Source: an uncultured Bacteroidales bacterium (lineage in GTDB: Bacteria; Bacteroidota; Bacteroidia; Bacteroidales; JAIOZK01). Taken from it: a stretch of DNA of 64,000 bases. Positions within the stretch are counted from its first letter, which is position 1. Each line of letters begins with the position of its first letter. Below the pieces are notes generated by a model. It did not search any database. It had not been told where the DNA came from and saw only the letters and a program-made list of their open reading frames with translations. The translations under genes were made by a program, and so were the position numbers. This document shows positions 38,069-47,800 of the stretch, in pieces. Location of the stretch: contig CAYXUU010000003.1 of the NCBI GenBank assembly GCA_964468645.1, forward strand, positions 101,874 to 165,873. The letters are read 5' to 3'.

Positions 38069-38860
38069 ATGAAATCAGTAAGAATACACGGAAAATCACC
38101 CTTTAATGTTGCTGTAATCCATGGCGGACCAGGAGCTGCCGGGGATTTATACCCATTGGCAAAAGGCATGTCTGGCTTTGCCGGGATTGTTGAGCCTTTA
38201 CAAACCAAACAATCTATCGGTGAAATTGTTAAAGAACTGCATCAGCAGATCCATGAATTTGCTGATCTTCCCCTAACTTTTATCGGCCATTCCTGGGGAG
38301 CATGGCTGTCAGTTATATACACAGCAAAATTCAAAAAAGATGTAGCCAGGTTAATTCTTGTAAGTTCAGGTTCATGGCTTGAGCGTTATGCTGACGGACT
38401 GATGGGAATCAGGGCTCAAAGGCTCTCCATTGAACAACGTAAAAGGCTTAACCGCCTGATGAATGAGTTGCACAGGACCAGAGATAAAAAACCTCAGAAT
38501 GAAATTTTTAAAGCTATCGGTAACCTTTTTTCACAAATTGATTCCTATGCATTGCTACCTATTGAAAATCCGGAAGTCAAACCTGATTATAAGTCATATT
38601 ATAAGGTCTGGAATGAAGCCATCGAATTCCGGAGAAATGGTGATCTTCTCAGGCAAGCTGAGTTCATAGACTGCCCGGTTACTGTTATTCATGGGGATTA
38701 TGATCCGCATTCTGTTGAGGGAGTGGTTGAGCCTCTTCAACAAATACATCATGGCCTTAAGGTTTTTGTTTTGAAGAATTGTGGGCATTCTCCATGGAAG
38801 GAAAAGTATGCCAGGGATGAATTTTATAGAATACTGAAGAAGGAATTAGAACGCGGATGA
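38069..38860 (+). CDS. alpha/beta hydrolase
   Basis: 263-aa ORF with nucleophile elbow GHSWGAW, HGGPG oxyanion region and C-terminal GHSPW. The last four codons and the stop lie inside a repeat element. Confidence 0.8.
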   Translation: MKSVRIHGKSPFNVAVIHGGPGAAGDLYPLAKGMSGFAGIVEPLQTKQSIGEIVKELHQQIHEFADLPLTFIGHSWGAWLSVIYTAKFKKDVARLILVSSGSWLERYADGLMGIRAQRLSIEQRKRLNRLMNELHRTRDKKPQNEIFKAIGNLFSQIDSYALLPIENPEVKPDYKSYYKVWNEAIEFRRNGDLLRQAEFIDCPVTVIHGDYDPHSVEGVVEPLQQIHHGLKVFVLKNCGHSPWKEKYARDEFYRILKKELERG

Positions 38861-38975
38861 CACGGATCTTCGAACGCAGATATCCACTGATAATCATATT
38901 GTCCACGAATTTCACCAATGACCACGAATAATTCGTGGTAATCCGTGTTGCTTGCATCAGTGTCATCCGCGTTCC
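38849..38975. repeat. ACGCGGAT-word inverted-repeat element (copy 1, 127 bp)
   Basis: Left arm GAACGCGGATGACACGGATCTTCGAACGCAGAT, right arm ATCCGTGTTGCTTGCATCAGTGTCATCCGCGTTCC, and a central palindrome ACCACGAATAATTCGTGGT. Confidence 0.8.
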
Positions 38976-39021
38976 TACTAACATTTAATGAAGTAACTTC
39001 GCAAGCAACAAAACATCATAC

Positions 39022-40285
39022 ATGAAAAGCAGAATCCTCACTTTCATTGCCCTGATAGCAGCAATCCTTTCTTCATGTAACAAAGAGGAGGATGACGTAT
39101 CAGATATCATAGCACTTCAATATGACATATCATTCATTGATAGTGTTTTTTATAGAACGATCATAGTGATCACCCTATTGATAAAAGCGGGTTGTTCTGA
39201 AATAACGCAACACGGACATTGCTGGAGTATAAGTCCAGGACCAACAATAGGTAATTGTAAAACCAGTCTTGGTAAATTGGTAAATCCTGTCAGTTTTTCA
39301 AGTGAACTTACCGGATTAACCGAAAACACAAGCTATTACATAAGGGCCTATTTTACGATTAACAATGAAACACTATATGCTGAAGAAGTAAGCGCTACAA
39401 CGTTGAAAACCGGTGTTCCACGGGTAAACACATCAGATATTTCCAACATAAGATACAATACAGTTACAACGGGGATCCCACACTGACAAACAATGAAGGA
39501 TTTTCAGAAAACGGGCAGGGTATGGGAAAATTTCCATAACTGCTTACAGAGCTGACAGAAAACACAAACTACTTTGTTAGTGCTTATGCTACCAATATAA
39601 AAGGTACGGCCTATGGAAATCCAGTTTTATTCAAAACACTGGATGATCCCTGCGATGGTGATACAATGCAGTTCTATGAGGGCGAAACATATAAAATCGT
39701 CCATGTTGGCACACAATGTTGGATGGCAGAAAATCTGAATGTTGGTCAACGAATTGATGGCGATTGCGAAATGGAAGATAACGCTGTGACCGAGAAATAC
39801 TGTTATAATGATGATGAGAACAATTGCGAGGAATACGGAGGGTTATATTCATGGGACGAATTAATGCAATATACCAGCCTGGAAAATGCTCAGGGAATAT
39901 GCCCTGAGGGTTGGCATATTCCTGATGATGAGGTATGGAAAATCCTGGAAGGCAGGTTGACAGTCAATACGGAGTGGGAAGCAGCGAGTGGGATAAAGTT
40001 GGGCCCAAGGGTTCAGATGCCGGTGATAACATAAAATCGGTATCTGGCTGGAGTTCAGGCGGAGCCGGATATGACATGTATGACTTTACTGCTCTTCCGG
40101 CAGGTTACCGGGGTTCAAATGGTTCTTTCAATGATATAGGTGATTACACCTGCTTCTGGTCTTCGACTGAATATAATTCAGACAATGCTTGGAGGCGCTA
40201 CCTTTTCTATCTCTACAGTGTGGTTTTCCGAAACGAAGTCAATAAAGAATCAGGAAGGTCAGTACGTTGCCTGAAAGACAATTGA
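39022..40285 (+). pseudogene. FISUMP-domain lipoprotein pseudogene (decayed paralog of 51049..52680)
   Basis: It is split into at least 3 ORFs. The N-terminus (lipobox SSC, HGHCWS, LTGLTENTSYYIRAYF) is collinear with 51049..52680 until a stop at 39484-39486. The middle repeats are deleted internally, there is an in-frame TAA near 39535, and a 1-nt frameshift near 39950 lies inside the FISUMP domain (GTQCWMAENL...SVRCLKDN). Confidence 0.8.
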
Positions 40286-40555
40286 CAATCCTGATATTTT
40301 GCATATCCGGTTTCTTTGAGGATCAATATTCAAAAAATGGACTTATAAACTTAAATGCTATCCTATTTTAAGTGATAACAGGATTACCTATTTTAAACCC
40401 AGATTATTGACCGAGGATGAAATGGTGACCCTGTATATGATCTTAGTCAATCAATGTGAAACAAATATCGAAGAACTGGTAAAGATTGCAAAGGATGAGT
40501 TTGGGTATTATTTTGAGATGGAAAATTAATTCGATAAATTTCCATATAGAATATT

Positions 40556-40670
40556 GAACGCGGATGACGCAGATCTTCGAACGCGGATGACTCAGGTCTT
40601 CGAACGCGGATAATTTCGAATAGACAATAATATTAATCCGCGTTGCCTGCATCCGCGTCATCCGCGTTCC
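40556..40670. repeat. ACGCGGAT-word inverted-repeat element (copy 2, 115 bp)
   Basis: Left arm GAACGCGGATGACGCAGATCTTCGAACGCGGATGACTCAGGTCTTCGAACGCGGAT, right arm ATCCGCGTTGCCTGCATCCGCGTCATCCGCGTTCC. Confidence 0.8.
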
Positions 40671-40685
40671 AATCTTCATATCGTA

Positions 40686-40723
40686 CTGATTCATAAATCC
40701 GCACATATAAAACTTGATTTCCG
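40686..40723 (+). promoter_or_regulatory. conserved 38-bp upstream block, cassette A copy
   Basis: CTGATTCATAAATCCGCACATATAAAACTTGATTTCCG matches 53084-53121 at 36/38 positions. It lies 82 bp upstream of the first gene of the cassette. Confidence 0.45.
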
Positions 40724-40804
40724 ACTTTTTTCGGTCATACATTTACTTCAAATTTTGATACGATCAAACAAACATACTTCGAATCAAACCTAAAAACAGT
40801 CATC

Positions 40805-41431
40805 ATGAATAATGAAAAACAACAGGGCGAAACATTTGCCAGGGGAAAGGAAATGGGGCAAAAAGCTTATGCAGAAGCCAAAGAATCAACTACCCATGCC
40901 ATCAGGGCATTAAAGACACTGGTCAGCGATCCGATTGGTGGTCAGAAAACCGCTTTGGACAATCTGGGCAGCGCAAATGCATTACGGGCCGGAATAGTAT
41001 TGATTATCATCTTTGCTATATCATGTTATCTGTTTGGAACAAGCTTTATAATAAGAGGTAACGCTGGCGTTTATTTTAAACTTGTATTATTTAGCGTGAT
41101 ACCATCTGCATGTATATTTTGCTGGTATTACCTTATCAATATTATTTTCGGTAAAGAGAAAAAGTGTATACCAACACACATATTCACAACAGGAATAACG
41201 GTTATACCGCTGGCCATATTTTTCTATTGTCTGACAATATTTGGGGCAGATGCTATAGAATTGCTAATTGCCATCGCCACTTTCTGCATCTGTACAATGA
41301 TATTATTAATCAATAGTTCCCTACAGGATATTTATAAGCAAACGACCCGGGGTTCAGTGTTGTTAACCCCCGCGATTGTGTTTTTAACGTACTTCTTGTC
41401 GAAGACTTTCCTGGGTTTACTTATCGGATAA
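40805..41431 (+). CDS. multi-pass membrane protein, unknown function
   Basis: 208-aa ORF with a ~55-aa soluble N-terminus followed by about five hydrophobic helices. Confidence 0.7.
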   Translation: MNNEKQQGETFARGKEMGQKAYAEAKESTTHAIRALKTLVSDPIGGQKTALDNLGSANALRAGIVLIIIFAISCYLFGTSFIIRGNAGVYFKLVLFSVIPSACIFCWYYLINIIFGKEKKCIPTHIFTTGITVIPLAIFFYCLTIFGADAIELLIAIATFCICTMILLINSSLQDIYKQTTRGSVLLTPAIVFLTYFLSKTFLGLLIG

Positions 41432-41474
41432 TCAATTTTATTTAATCATATATTAACCATTAAAATCAAACACC

Positions 41475-42116
41475 ATGAAAAGAACAATCAATTTTTTAAG
41501 TTTAATGCTCAGTGGCCTTATGGTCATTTATTTTTTATCAGGTTGTGGTGGCGGCGGTTCTGCCAGTACCAATATCTCATTGGGTAAGTTGCCGGGTATT
41601 GCAAAAAAATACAGCGACAAAATTGACAAAAAGAAAAAAGATCTTGATGAATGTACCGATATGGAAAAAGCCTTCAAGCTGGATAAGGAGATCAAATCGT
41701 TGAAAAAAGAATCTGATGAAGCAATATCAGAATATCTTTTGAATAATCCGATTGGAGATATTCCATTTGAACAAAAAGCCGAATATCCGTTTACCATAGA
41801 AAGAGTTTTTGTTAACACCGAATATGAAAGCTCCAGTCATTATTTACAATTAAAAGTGAAGATCAAGGTAAATGAAGACATTTTGAACAAATATGGAGGA
41901 TTTGAAAAAACCATATTTGCCTATGCAAATCCAGTTGACAGCGAAGGCACGTCCCTGTCAAAGAAATCCGATGTTTTTAGTTCTGGTTTCGGAAGCCAGG
42001 AATTCAAAAAAGATATGGATTTTGAATTAATGGGCGGCATCCAGCATTTGCAAAACCTTGAAAACTTCGACAAACTGATCTTTGTTTCCCGTGAAGAGTA
42101 TGACAATCCCCAATAA
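41475..42116 (+). CDS. lipoprotein, unknown family (paralog of 53191..53829)
   Basis: 213-aa ORF with lipobox LSGC. It shares GKLPG, EC(T/A)DMEKAFKLD, (I/V)PFEQKA(E/D)Y and a C-terminal EEYDNPQ with the cassette B paralog. Confidence 0.75.
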   Translation: MKRTINFLSLMLSGLMVIYFLSGCGGGGSASTNISLGKLPGIAKKYSDKIDKKKKDLDECTDMEKAFKLDKEIKSLKKESDEAISEYLLNNPIGDIPFEQKAEYPFTIERVFVNTEYESSSHYLQLKVKIKVNEDILNKYGGFEKTIFAYANPVDSEGTSLSKKSDVFSSGFGSQEFKKDMDFELMGGIQHLQNLENFDKLIFVSREEYDNPQ

Positions 42117-42283
42117 CATCATACTCATGGCGATGCCGTAGAAATTAAAACTTATAAGGGTAAGCCTTCAAACAACAAAAAGACACCTGAATGCATTGAG
42201 GTAACATCAGAAATTTCTTCAATACCAGGTAAATATTGTATTTTTAGTTTGAATTATTTTATAATTTTATAAAAAATAGAGTT

Positions 42284-42697
42284 ATGAAAGAAAAAAATAC
42301 CATTTTTAGTTTTGTAATTGCAGGCTTATTCTTATTTACAATTTCCTGTGATGGACCATCACCATCGTCATCAATTACACCTGCTGAAGTCAATCAGGAA
42401 ATCTTAGAAGAGACTGATAAAGGAAACTTCGATGTTGTTATGGATCTCTTTTCAACCGGAGGTAAAGGATTTACAAATGAAGAGAAAGAACAATTAATTG
42501 AGGTTTTGCAACTCGCACAGGAGGAAGTGCAGAAAAAAGGAGGTTATAAATCATTTGAAATTCTTGAAGAGGGGATTAGCCCATCAGGTGATGAAGCAAC
42601 AGTGAAACTGAAAGTAATTCATGGAAATGGTAAGGAAGAGTTCACAACAAATAAATTTGTCCTTGAAGATGGCCGGTGGAAACTAAAAATGAAATAG
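42284..42697 (+). CDS. small lipoprotein, DUF4878/NTF2-like (tentative)
   Basis: 137-aa ORF with lipobox TISC. The C-terminal GDEATVKLKV...FVLEDGRWKLKM pattern is typical of that fold family. Confidence 0.6.
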   Translation: MKEKNTIFSFVIAGLFLFTISCDGPSPSSSITPAEVNQEILEETDKGNFDVVMDLFSTGGKGFTNEEKEQLIEVLQLAQEEVQKKGGYKSFEILEEGISPSGDEATVKLKVIHGNGKEEFTTNKFVLEDGRWKLKMK

Positions 42698-42727
42698 GCT
42701 GAAAGAATTACATAAATCCCTGAAACC

Positions 42728-43783
42728 ATGAAAATAACAATTACAGCATTCTTTATTGCATTTCTCTTTCTTTCAATAAACAATCTATCAAACGCCCAGA
42801 TAGAAGAGGATTATCATACGGCAGTAATAAGTGTCAGCATACCGGTTATTGTAGACCATTATGAAGTCAGCACGCGAAATGGTGAGATCATCAGTGATAA
42901 ACACATTCCCGATCAACAGGGTGGAATCCGTTTGGCGTACAGGGCAAATGATTTGAAGGCTAATGGCAATTATTTTTCAGGAATATATCTGATGTTTTAC
43001 GGGACCCGGCATCAAATAGAAACCTATTATGGCAAAATATCAGATGATAAACAGACCATGGAATTTATTGAATTGACGAAAGATGACATTGTTTATTCAT
43101 CGGCTGACAGGGATAATGCGTATCTGCAGTCAAAAGTAACAGCTTCGGCAAGATTTGAAAACCTCCCGGTGCTTTACGGACATTATAAATACAAATATGA
43201 TGTAAGTAAAATTACATCTGTCGGGTACCAGTTTATTAATGAAAGAAGGTATATGAGCGGTGGCCAGTTTAAACGGGACAGCATGATCAGTATAAACCAG
43301 GAAAAAATAAACCAGCATTCACAGCTTGCCGATATCCAATTTCAAAAAGGGCAGGCAGATGCTTCAAAACAGAATCCCATCAACATCGTAGTAGGTGCAC
43401 ATAAGTCATGTACTGAAACCGGTAAAAAACTTGAAGCCTCTATCATCAACTATCTGACAAAATTCAAGGCACCACTTTATGCGGATATGTATAAAGGGAT
43501 CATGAACAGCGAAATAACTGACAATGCCGGGATTACTGAATCCGAGCTGGTCAACCCTGAAACAGGTAAAGTTGCTGATATTAATAAGGATAATCCTGTC
43601 ATAGAGATCATCGTTGATGAAACACATGTTGGGGAAGATAAGAACCTTCCACTGGAGCTTCATTCATTGAAAGTATTGATAAAGTATAATAATGATCAGA
43701 TAGAAATAAATCCTGATGATATTAGCAATTTGGATGATATGCCGCACCAGGTACTGGTTAATCTCATTGAAATTATGAACTAA
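42728..43783 (+). CDS. secreted protein, unknown family (paralog of next gene)
   Basis: 351-aa ORF with a signal peptide ending NAQ. It shares (V/I)(S/N)V(S/K)IP(V/I)IVD and YYGKIS(D/S)DKQ(T/K)(M/I)EFIELT(K/S)DDI with 43838..44809. Confidence 0.7.
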   Translation: MKITITAFFIAFLFLSINNLSNAQIEEDYHTAVISVSIPVIVDHYEVSTRNGEIISDKHIPDQQGGIRLAYRANDLKANGNYFSGIYLMFYGTRHQIETYYGKISDDKQTMEFIELTKDDIVYSSADRDNAYLQSKVTASARFENLPVLYGHYKYKYDVSKITSVGYQFINERRYMSGGQFKRDSMISINQEKINQHSQLADIQFQKGQADASKQNPINIVVGAHKSCTETGKKLEASIINYLTKFKAPLYADMYKGIMNSEITDNAGITESELVNPETGKVADINKDNPVIEIIVDETHVGEDKNLPLELHSLKVLIKYNNDQIEINPDDISNLDDMPHQVLVNLIEIMN

Positions 43784-43837
43784 CATTACATCATTCATAT
43801 TCAGATTAACACACTATACAAAACACAATCTACAGCA

Positions 43838-44809
43838 ATGAGAATACAGACCATGCCTGTCTTAGTTATTATCTTTCATTTGTCGGCCAGTTTCATGTCC
43901 TCTGCACAAATCGATGCGGATCATCATTGTGCTACCATTAATGTGAAAATACCCATTATTGTGGACCAGAAAGAAGAACGTGAGCGCAGTGGAACAACTC
44001 ATAATCTGACACATACGCCGGAGAAGCAAATAGATGCATGTTATCAGTACAGGAGCCATGATCTGGAATTTGTTGATGGTTTTTTTTCAGGAGGATATAG
44101 AAAAATTGGCAGTCAGCATACCTATGTTCAAACCTATTACGGTAAAATATCATCGGACAAGCAAAAAATTGAATTTATTGAATTAACCAGTGATGATATT
44201 TATTACACAGGACCTTATATTATGTCTGTAACCAATACCTCCACCAAAATTGTAAATCTCCCTTTGAATTCTGATCTGAATTTATTTGAATTTAAAAATG
44301 GTATTAGTAAAATCAGTTATGTTGAGCACAGGAAGTATCATGAAAAAAGACTTGCATCGACGGTAGATAAAATCATAAAAGAATTCTTTGTTGAAATTAA
44401 CATGCATAAACTGACAAGTTTTCCCCTGGTGGCTCAGATACAGTTTTGTAAAGGAGAGGCTAAAAAGCCCGAGAGAGGCCCTTTACTTATTTCCATAGGC
44501 GCAAATGAACCCTTTTCGAAAAATGAAGGAAACCTTATTTCATCATTTGTTAGTGAGTTTAACAAATTCAAAAACTCTATGTATTCAAAAGCCAGTAATA
44601 GTGCCTCAGCTGACTATTCTATTTCTATTGAGGAGTATCCTATTGCTCCGAACCTTAACCAGCCCAGCGAAAAATCCTCTATAAAAGCATATATTAAACA
44701 TAAAGGCAAAACAACCGTGATCGACTGGCAGGATTTCAAACTACCTGTTAATTTCTCACACCAGGTATTCATTAAACTTATTGAGGTAATAAACAAATCA
44801 GTACAATGA
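43838..44809 (+). CDS. secreted protein, unknown family (paralog of previous gene)
   Basis: 323-aa ORF with a signal peptide ending SAQ. Its stop overlaps the next start (ATGA). Confidence 0.7.
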   Translation: MRIQTMPVLVIIFHLSASFMSSAQIDADHHCATINVKIPIIVDQKEERERSGTTHNLTHTPEKQIDACYQYRSHDLEFVDGFFSGGYRKIGSQHTYVQTYYGKISSDKQKIEFIELTSDDIYYTGPYIMSVTNTSTKIVNLPLNSDLNLFEFKNGISKISYVEHRKYHEKRLASTVDKIIKEFFVEINMHKLTSFPLVAQIQFCKGEAKKPERGPLLISIGANEPFSKNEGNLISSFVSEFNKFKNSMYSKASNSASADYSISIEEYPIAPNLNQPSEKSSIKAYIKHKGKTTVIDWQDFKLPVNFSHQVFIKLIEVINKSVQ

Positions 44810-47800
44810 AATCTATCATTACCGGCCTAATCCTTCTTGTAATTAGTTCATTACTTATAAAGGAAAGCCTTGCCCAGTATCCCGATATGATTGTTATCCA
44901 AAATGTACCAGAAGAGATTGCCTGGGAAATCGTTTACCAGGGTTTTAATGAACAAAATATCAGGTTAAACAACTATAACCGGCAAACCGGGATCGCCCTT
45001 TCTAATTTCTTTACCTATACCAGTATGCTGATCGATAACAGGGCGAAGTACCAGGTAAAGTATATAAATGGCAATATTGAGATCAGCCTGGTCAACAGGC
45101 AATATATGTCGACAGAAGGATGGGCCGATAATTTGTTCCCTTTATCAAAAAAATCAAAAAAGAAATTTCTGGTGCCGCTGGAAAATATAATCATGAAGTT
45201 ATTGGAGGATAATCCAGTTACTAATGTTGAAGAACAGTTACCGGATCAATCTCCAATGAACTGGCAGGATCAGGAACAAGCTGAGAATCAGAATATGTCA
45301 GGGAATGAAGAATCAATTGGCTTTCATCCTATTGCTATCATTTCCTGTTATCCTGTTTCAGGTAGTACATCCATTGATTTCGAATTATCAGGAAAAAACA
45401 GTTTTGATTATGTAACTTTAATCCAGGATCTTAAATTCCGCTGGGACCTGGATAATGATGGCAACTGGGATGATGTATGGAGTGCCAACACTGATATTAA
45501 ACACCGCTTCTCTTCCAACGGCATACATACAGTTAGAATGGAAGTGATGGATACTGATGAAAACATACATGAAACAACACATCAGATACTGGTAGAAGAT
45601 TTCACCCCCTGTCCTGATCTTCCTACAGTCACTTACCTTGAACAAACATACAATACGGTTTTAATAGGAGATCAATGCTGGATGAGGGAGAACCTGAATG
45701 CCGGTGATATGATTTTCCAGATGATGGATATGAAAAACAATGGCAAACTGGAGAAGTATTGTTATGACAACTATCCTGAATTTTGTAAAAAGTATGGTGG
45801 TTTATACCAATGGGGTGAGCTCATGGAGTATAAACCGGGTGACAGTACCGGAATATGCCCGGAAGGGTGGCATATTCCTTCGGTTGATGAATTTGACACA
45901 TTGTTCAGTTTCCTGGGTGGAATAAACATTGCAGGGGAAAGAATGAAAGAAAAAGGATCACTCTTTTGGCCAGCCCCCGAGACAATTATTACCAATCATA
46001 GCGGATACGCTGCCTTACCCGGTGGCAAGTTAAACAGTGATTACAGGTTTTACGGCCTTGGAACCAGAGCATACCTGGCTACTACAAAAGCTATTTTATC
46101 AGAAGATGGATACATACACAGCGTCATTAATCCAAATGATGGCCAATGGAATGACACAAAAATAAAGCAGGATACCTCGTTTAATATGTTTTTATTCAAG
46201 GATAGCATGGCGGTTGAATATGAAAAAATGCCAGTTTCGGAGGGAGTTTCGGTTCGATGTATTAAGAATGGAGAAAATATACCCGAAAAACCGGTTGCGA
46301 AGTTTCATTATTACCATCCGGTTCCGTATCCTGATCACATGAGGAAACCGTATAATATATACAGACTTAACCCTTTCCCGAGCTACGACATGCAGGATCC
46401 GGATTCCGAACTTAAAGCAAAATGGACAATATGGTATTGGAATAGGGAGCGGAGTTTGCTATTCTCTGAAGAGTTCAATCCTTTGAAAATAAAAGAAGAA
46501 ACATTGGAACAAGATCACACTTATCTTGTCAGGTTAATTATCAAAGATACTGATGGGAATACAGATACAACTTTCAATTTTCTTGAGGTTGAAAAAAACA
46601 CACCTCCTCATGCAATACTTACCACCCCTTTTAGGGGTTGTGTTGATTCAACCCAATGGTTGCCATTTAAAGCCATATGGAGTTGGGACAGGGAATATCA
46701 TTTTGAGCACCTTACCTATAGCTGGAATTATGATTTTATTGATGGTGAAGTGGGAAATACTTCTGATAATCAGTCTGATCATATTATCTGCTATGGTAAA
46801 GAAGTAGATTCAGATCACAATTATTATTATCAACCAGGCTCCATCAGGCATCACGGCCAGTATTGCTTATCACCAGATAATCCCGATCAGGATTTCAAAT
46901 ATGACGTTCGTTATTTCCTTGAAAAACATTCCCCGACTTACCTGCGCAAACACCAGATCATGTATCTTGATCCATTTGTTTTCGGGGATGGGAGAGGTAT
47001 AGAATACATTCCTGAGGACACGCTGGTAGTTGACAGGTCAGGCATCACCATAGAAAGGGATCTTGTACGGCAACCATATATGTGGTCAACCAGGCACAGA
47101 TACTTTGAATCTGGTAACTACAGAGTAAGGCTTATCGTAACTGACCCGGAAGGTTTATCAGATACGGCCTATGCCGAAGTTTGTATAGACTCTGAGCAAG
47201 AAGGACAGAAGGACAATGCACCGAATCCGTATTTTGAGGTGTATCCGGGATCGGGAACACTGTGCGACACGTTTACTTTTGATGCATCATGCAGTTACGA
47301 TACGGAGGATCCGTTGGAACGCCTGGAGTTCTGCTGGTTTTTAGACTGGAGCAGACATAAAAAATACCCTCACAAAGATTGGAGTAAAGATAATATGATT
47401 GTTAAATATCAATACGGTAATTTTAACCCCCTGGAAGGCACCGGTTCATATAGCATCAGGCTGGGGGTCAGGGATACCAAAGGGAAAACTAAATATTACA
47501 CAAGAGAATTTCTTGAGGTGGAATATGAAGAATGTAACAGCCCACCGGTGGCTGCATTTACCATTAATCCATCAATAGCAACACCCAACAAAGCTGTCAT
47601 TTTGAATGCCTCTGAGAGTTATGACAATGAGGATGACATTAGTTTACTTCATTTTCGATGGGACTTCTACGGTGATGGCAAATATGATACAGAATGGAGC
47701 AATTTACAACAAACGCAACACGCCTATAAGCACACCGGTAAATATGGTGTGAAACTGCAGGTAAAAGATTCAAAGGGTGACACTTCACATGTTATACATG

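Noticed and set aside
38757-38984. ORFs 38757..38984(-), 40443..40742(-), 37879..38208(-), 50806..51003(-) and 62615..62845(+).
   Set aside because: They are translations of the ACGCGGAT repeat arms (TRMTRMQATRI-type peptides) or of promoter regions antisense to real genes. They are not credible coding sequences.
40320-40529. Short open frame ending ...LTEDEMVTLYMILVNQCETNIEELVKIAKDEFGYYFEMEN downstream of the FISUMP pseudogene.
   Set aside because: It has only 35 codons from the first ATG, no recognisable family and no promoter or start context. It may be a gene fragment, but I cannot support a call.
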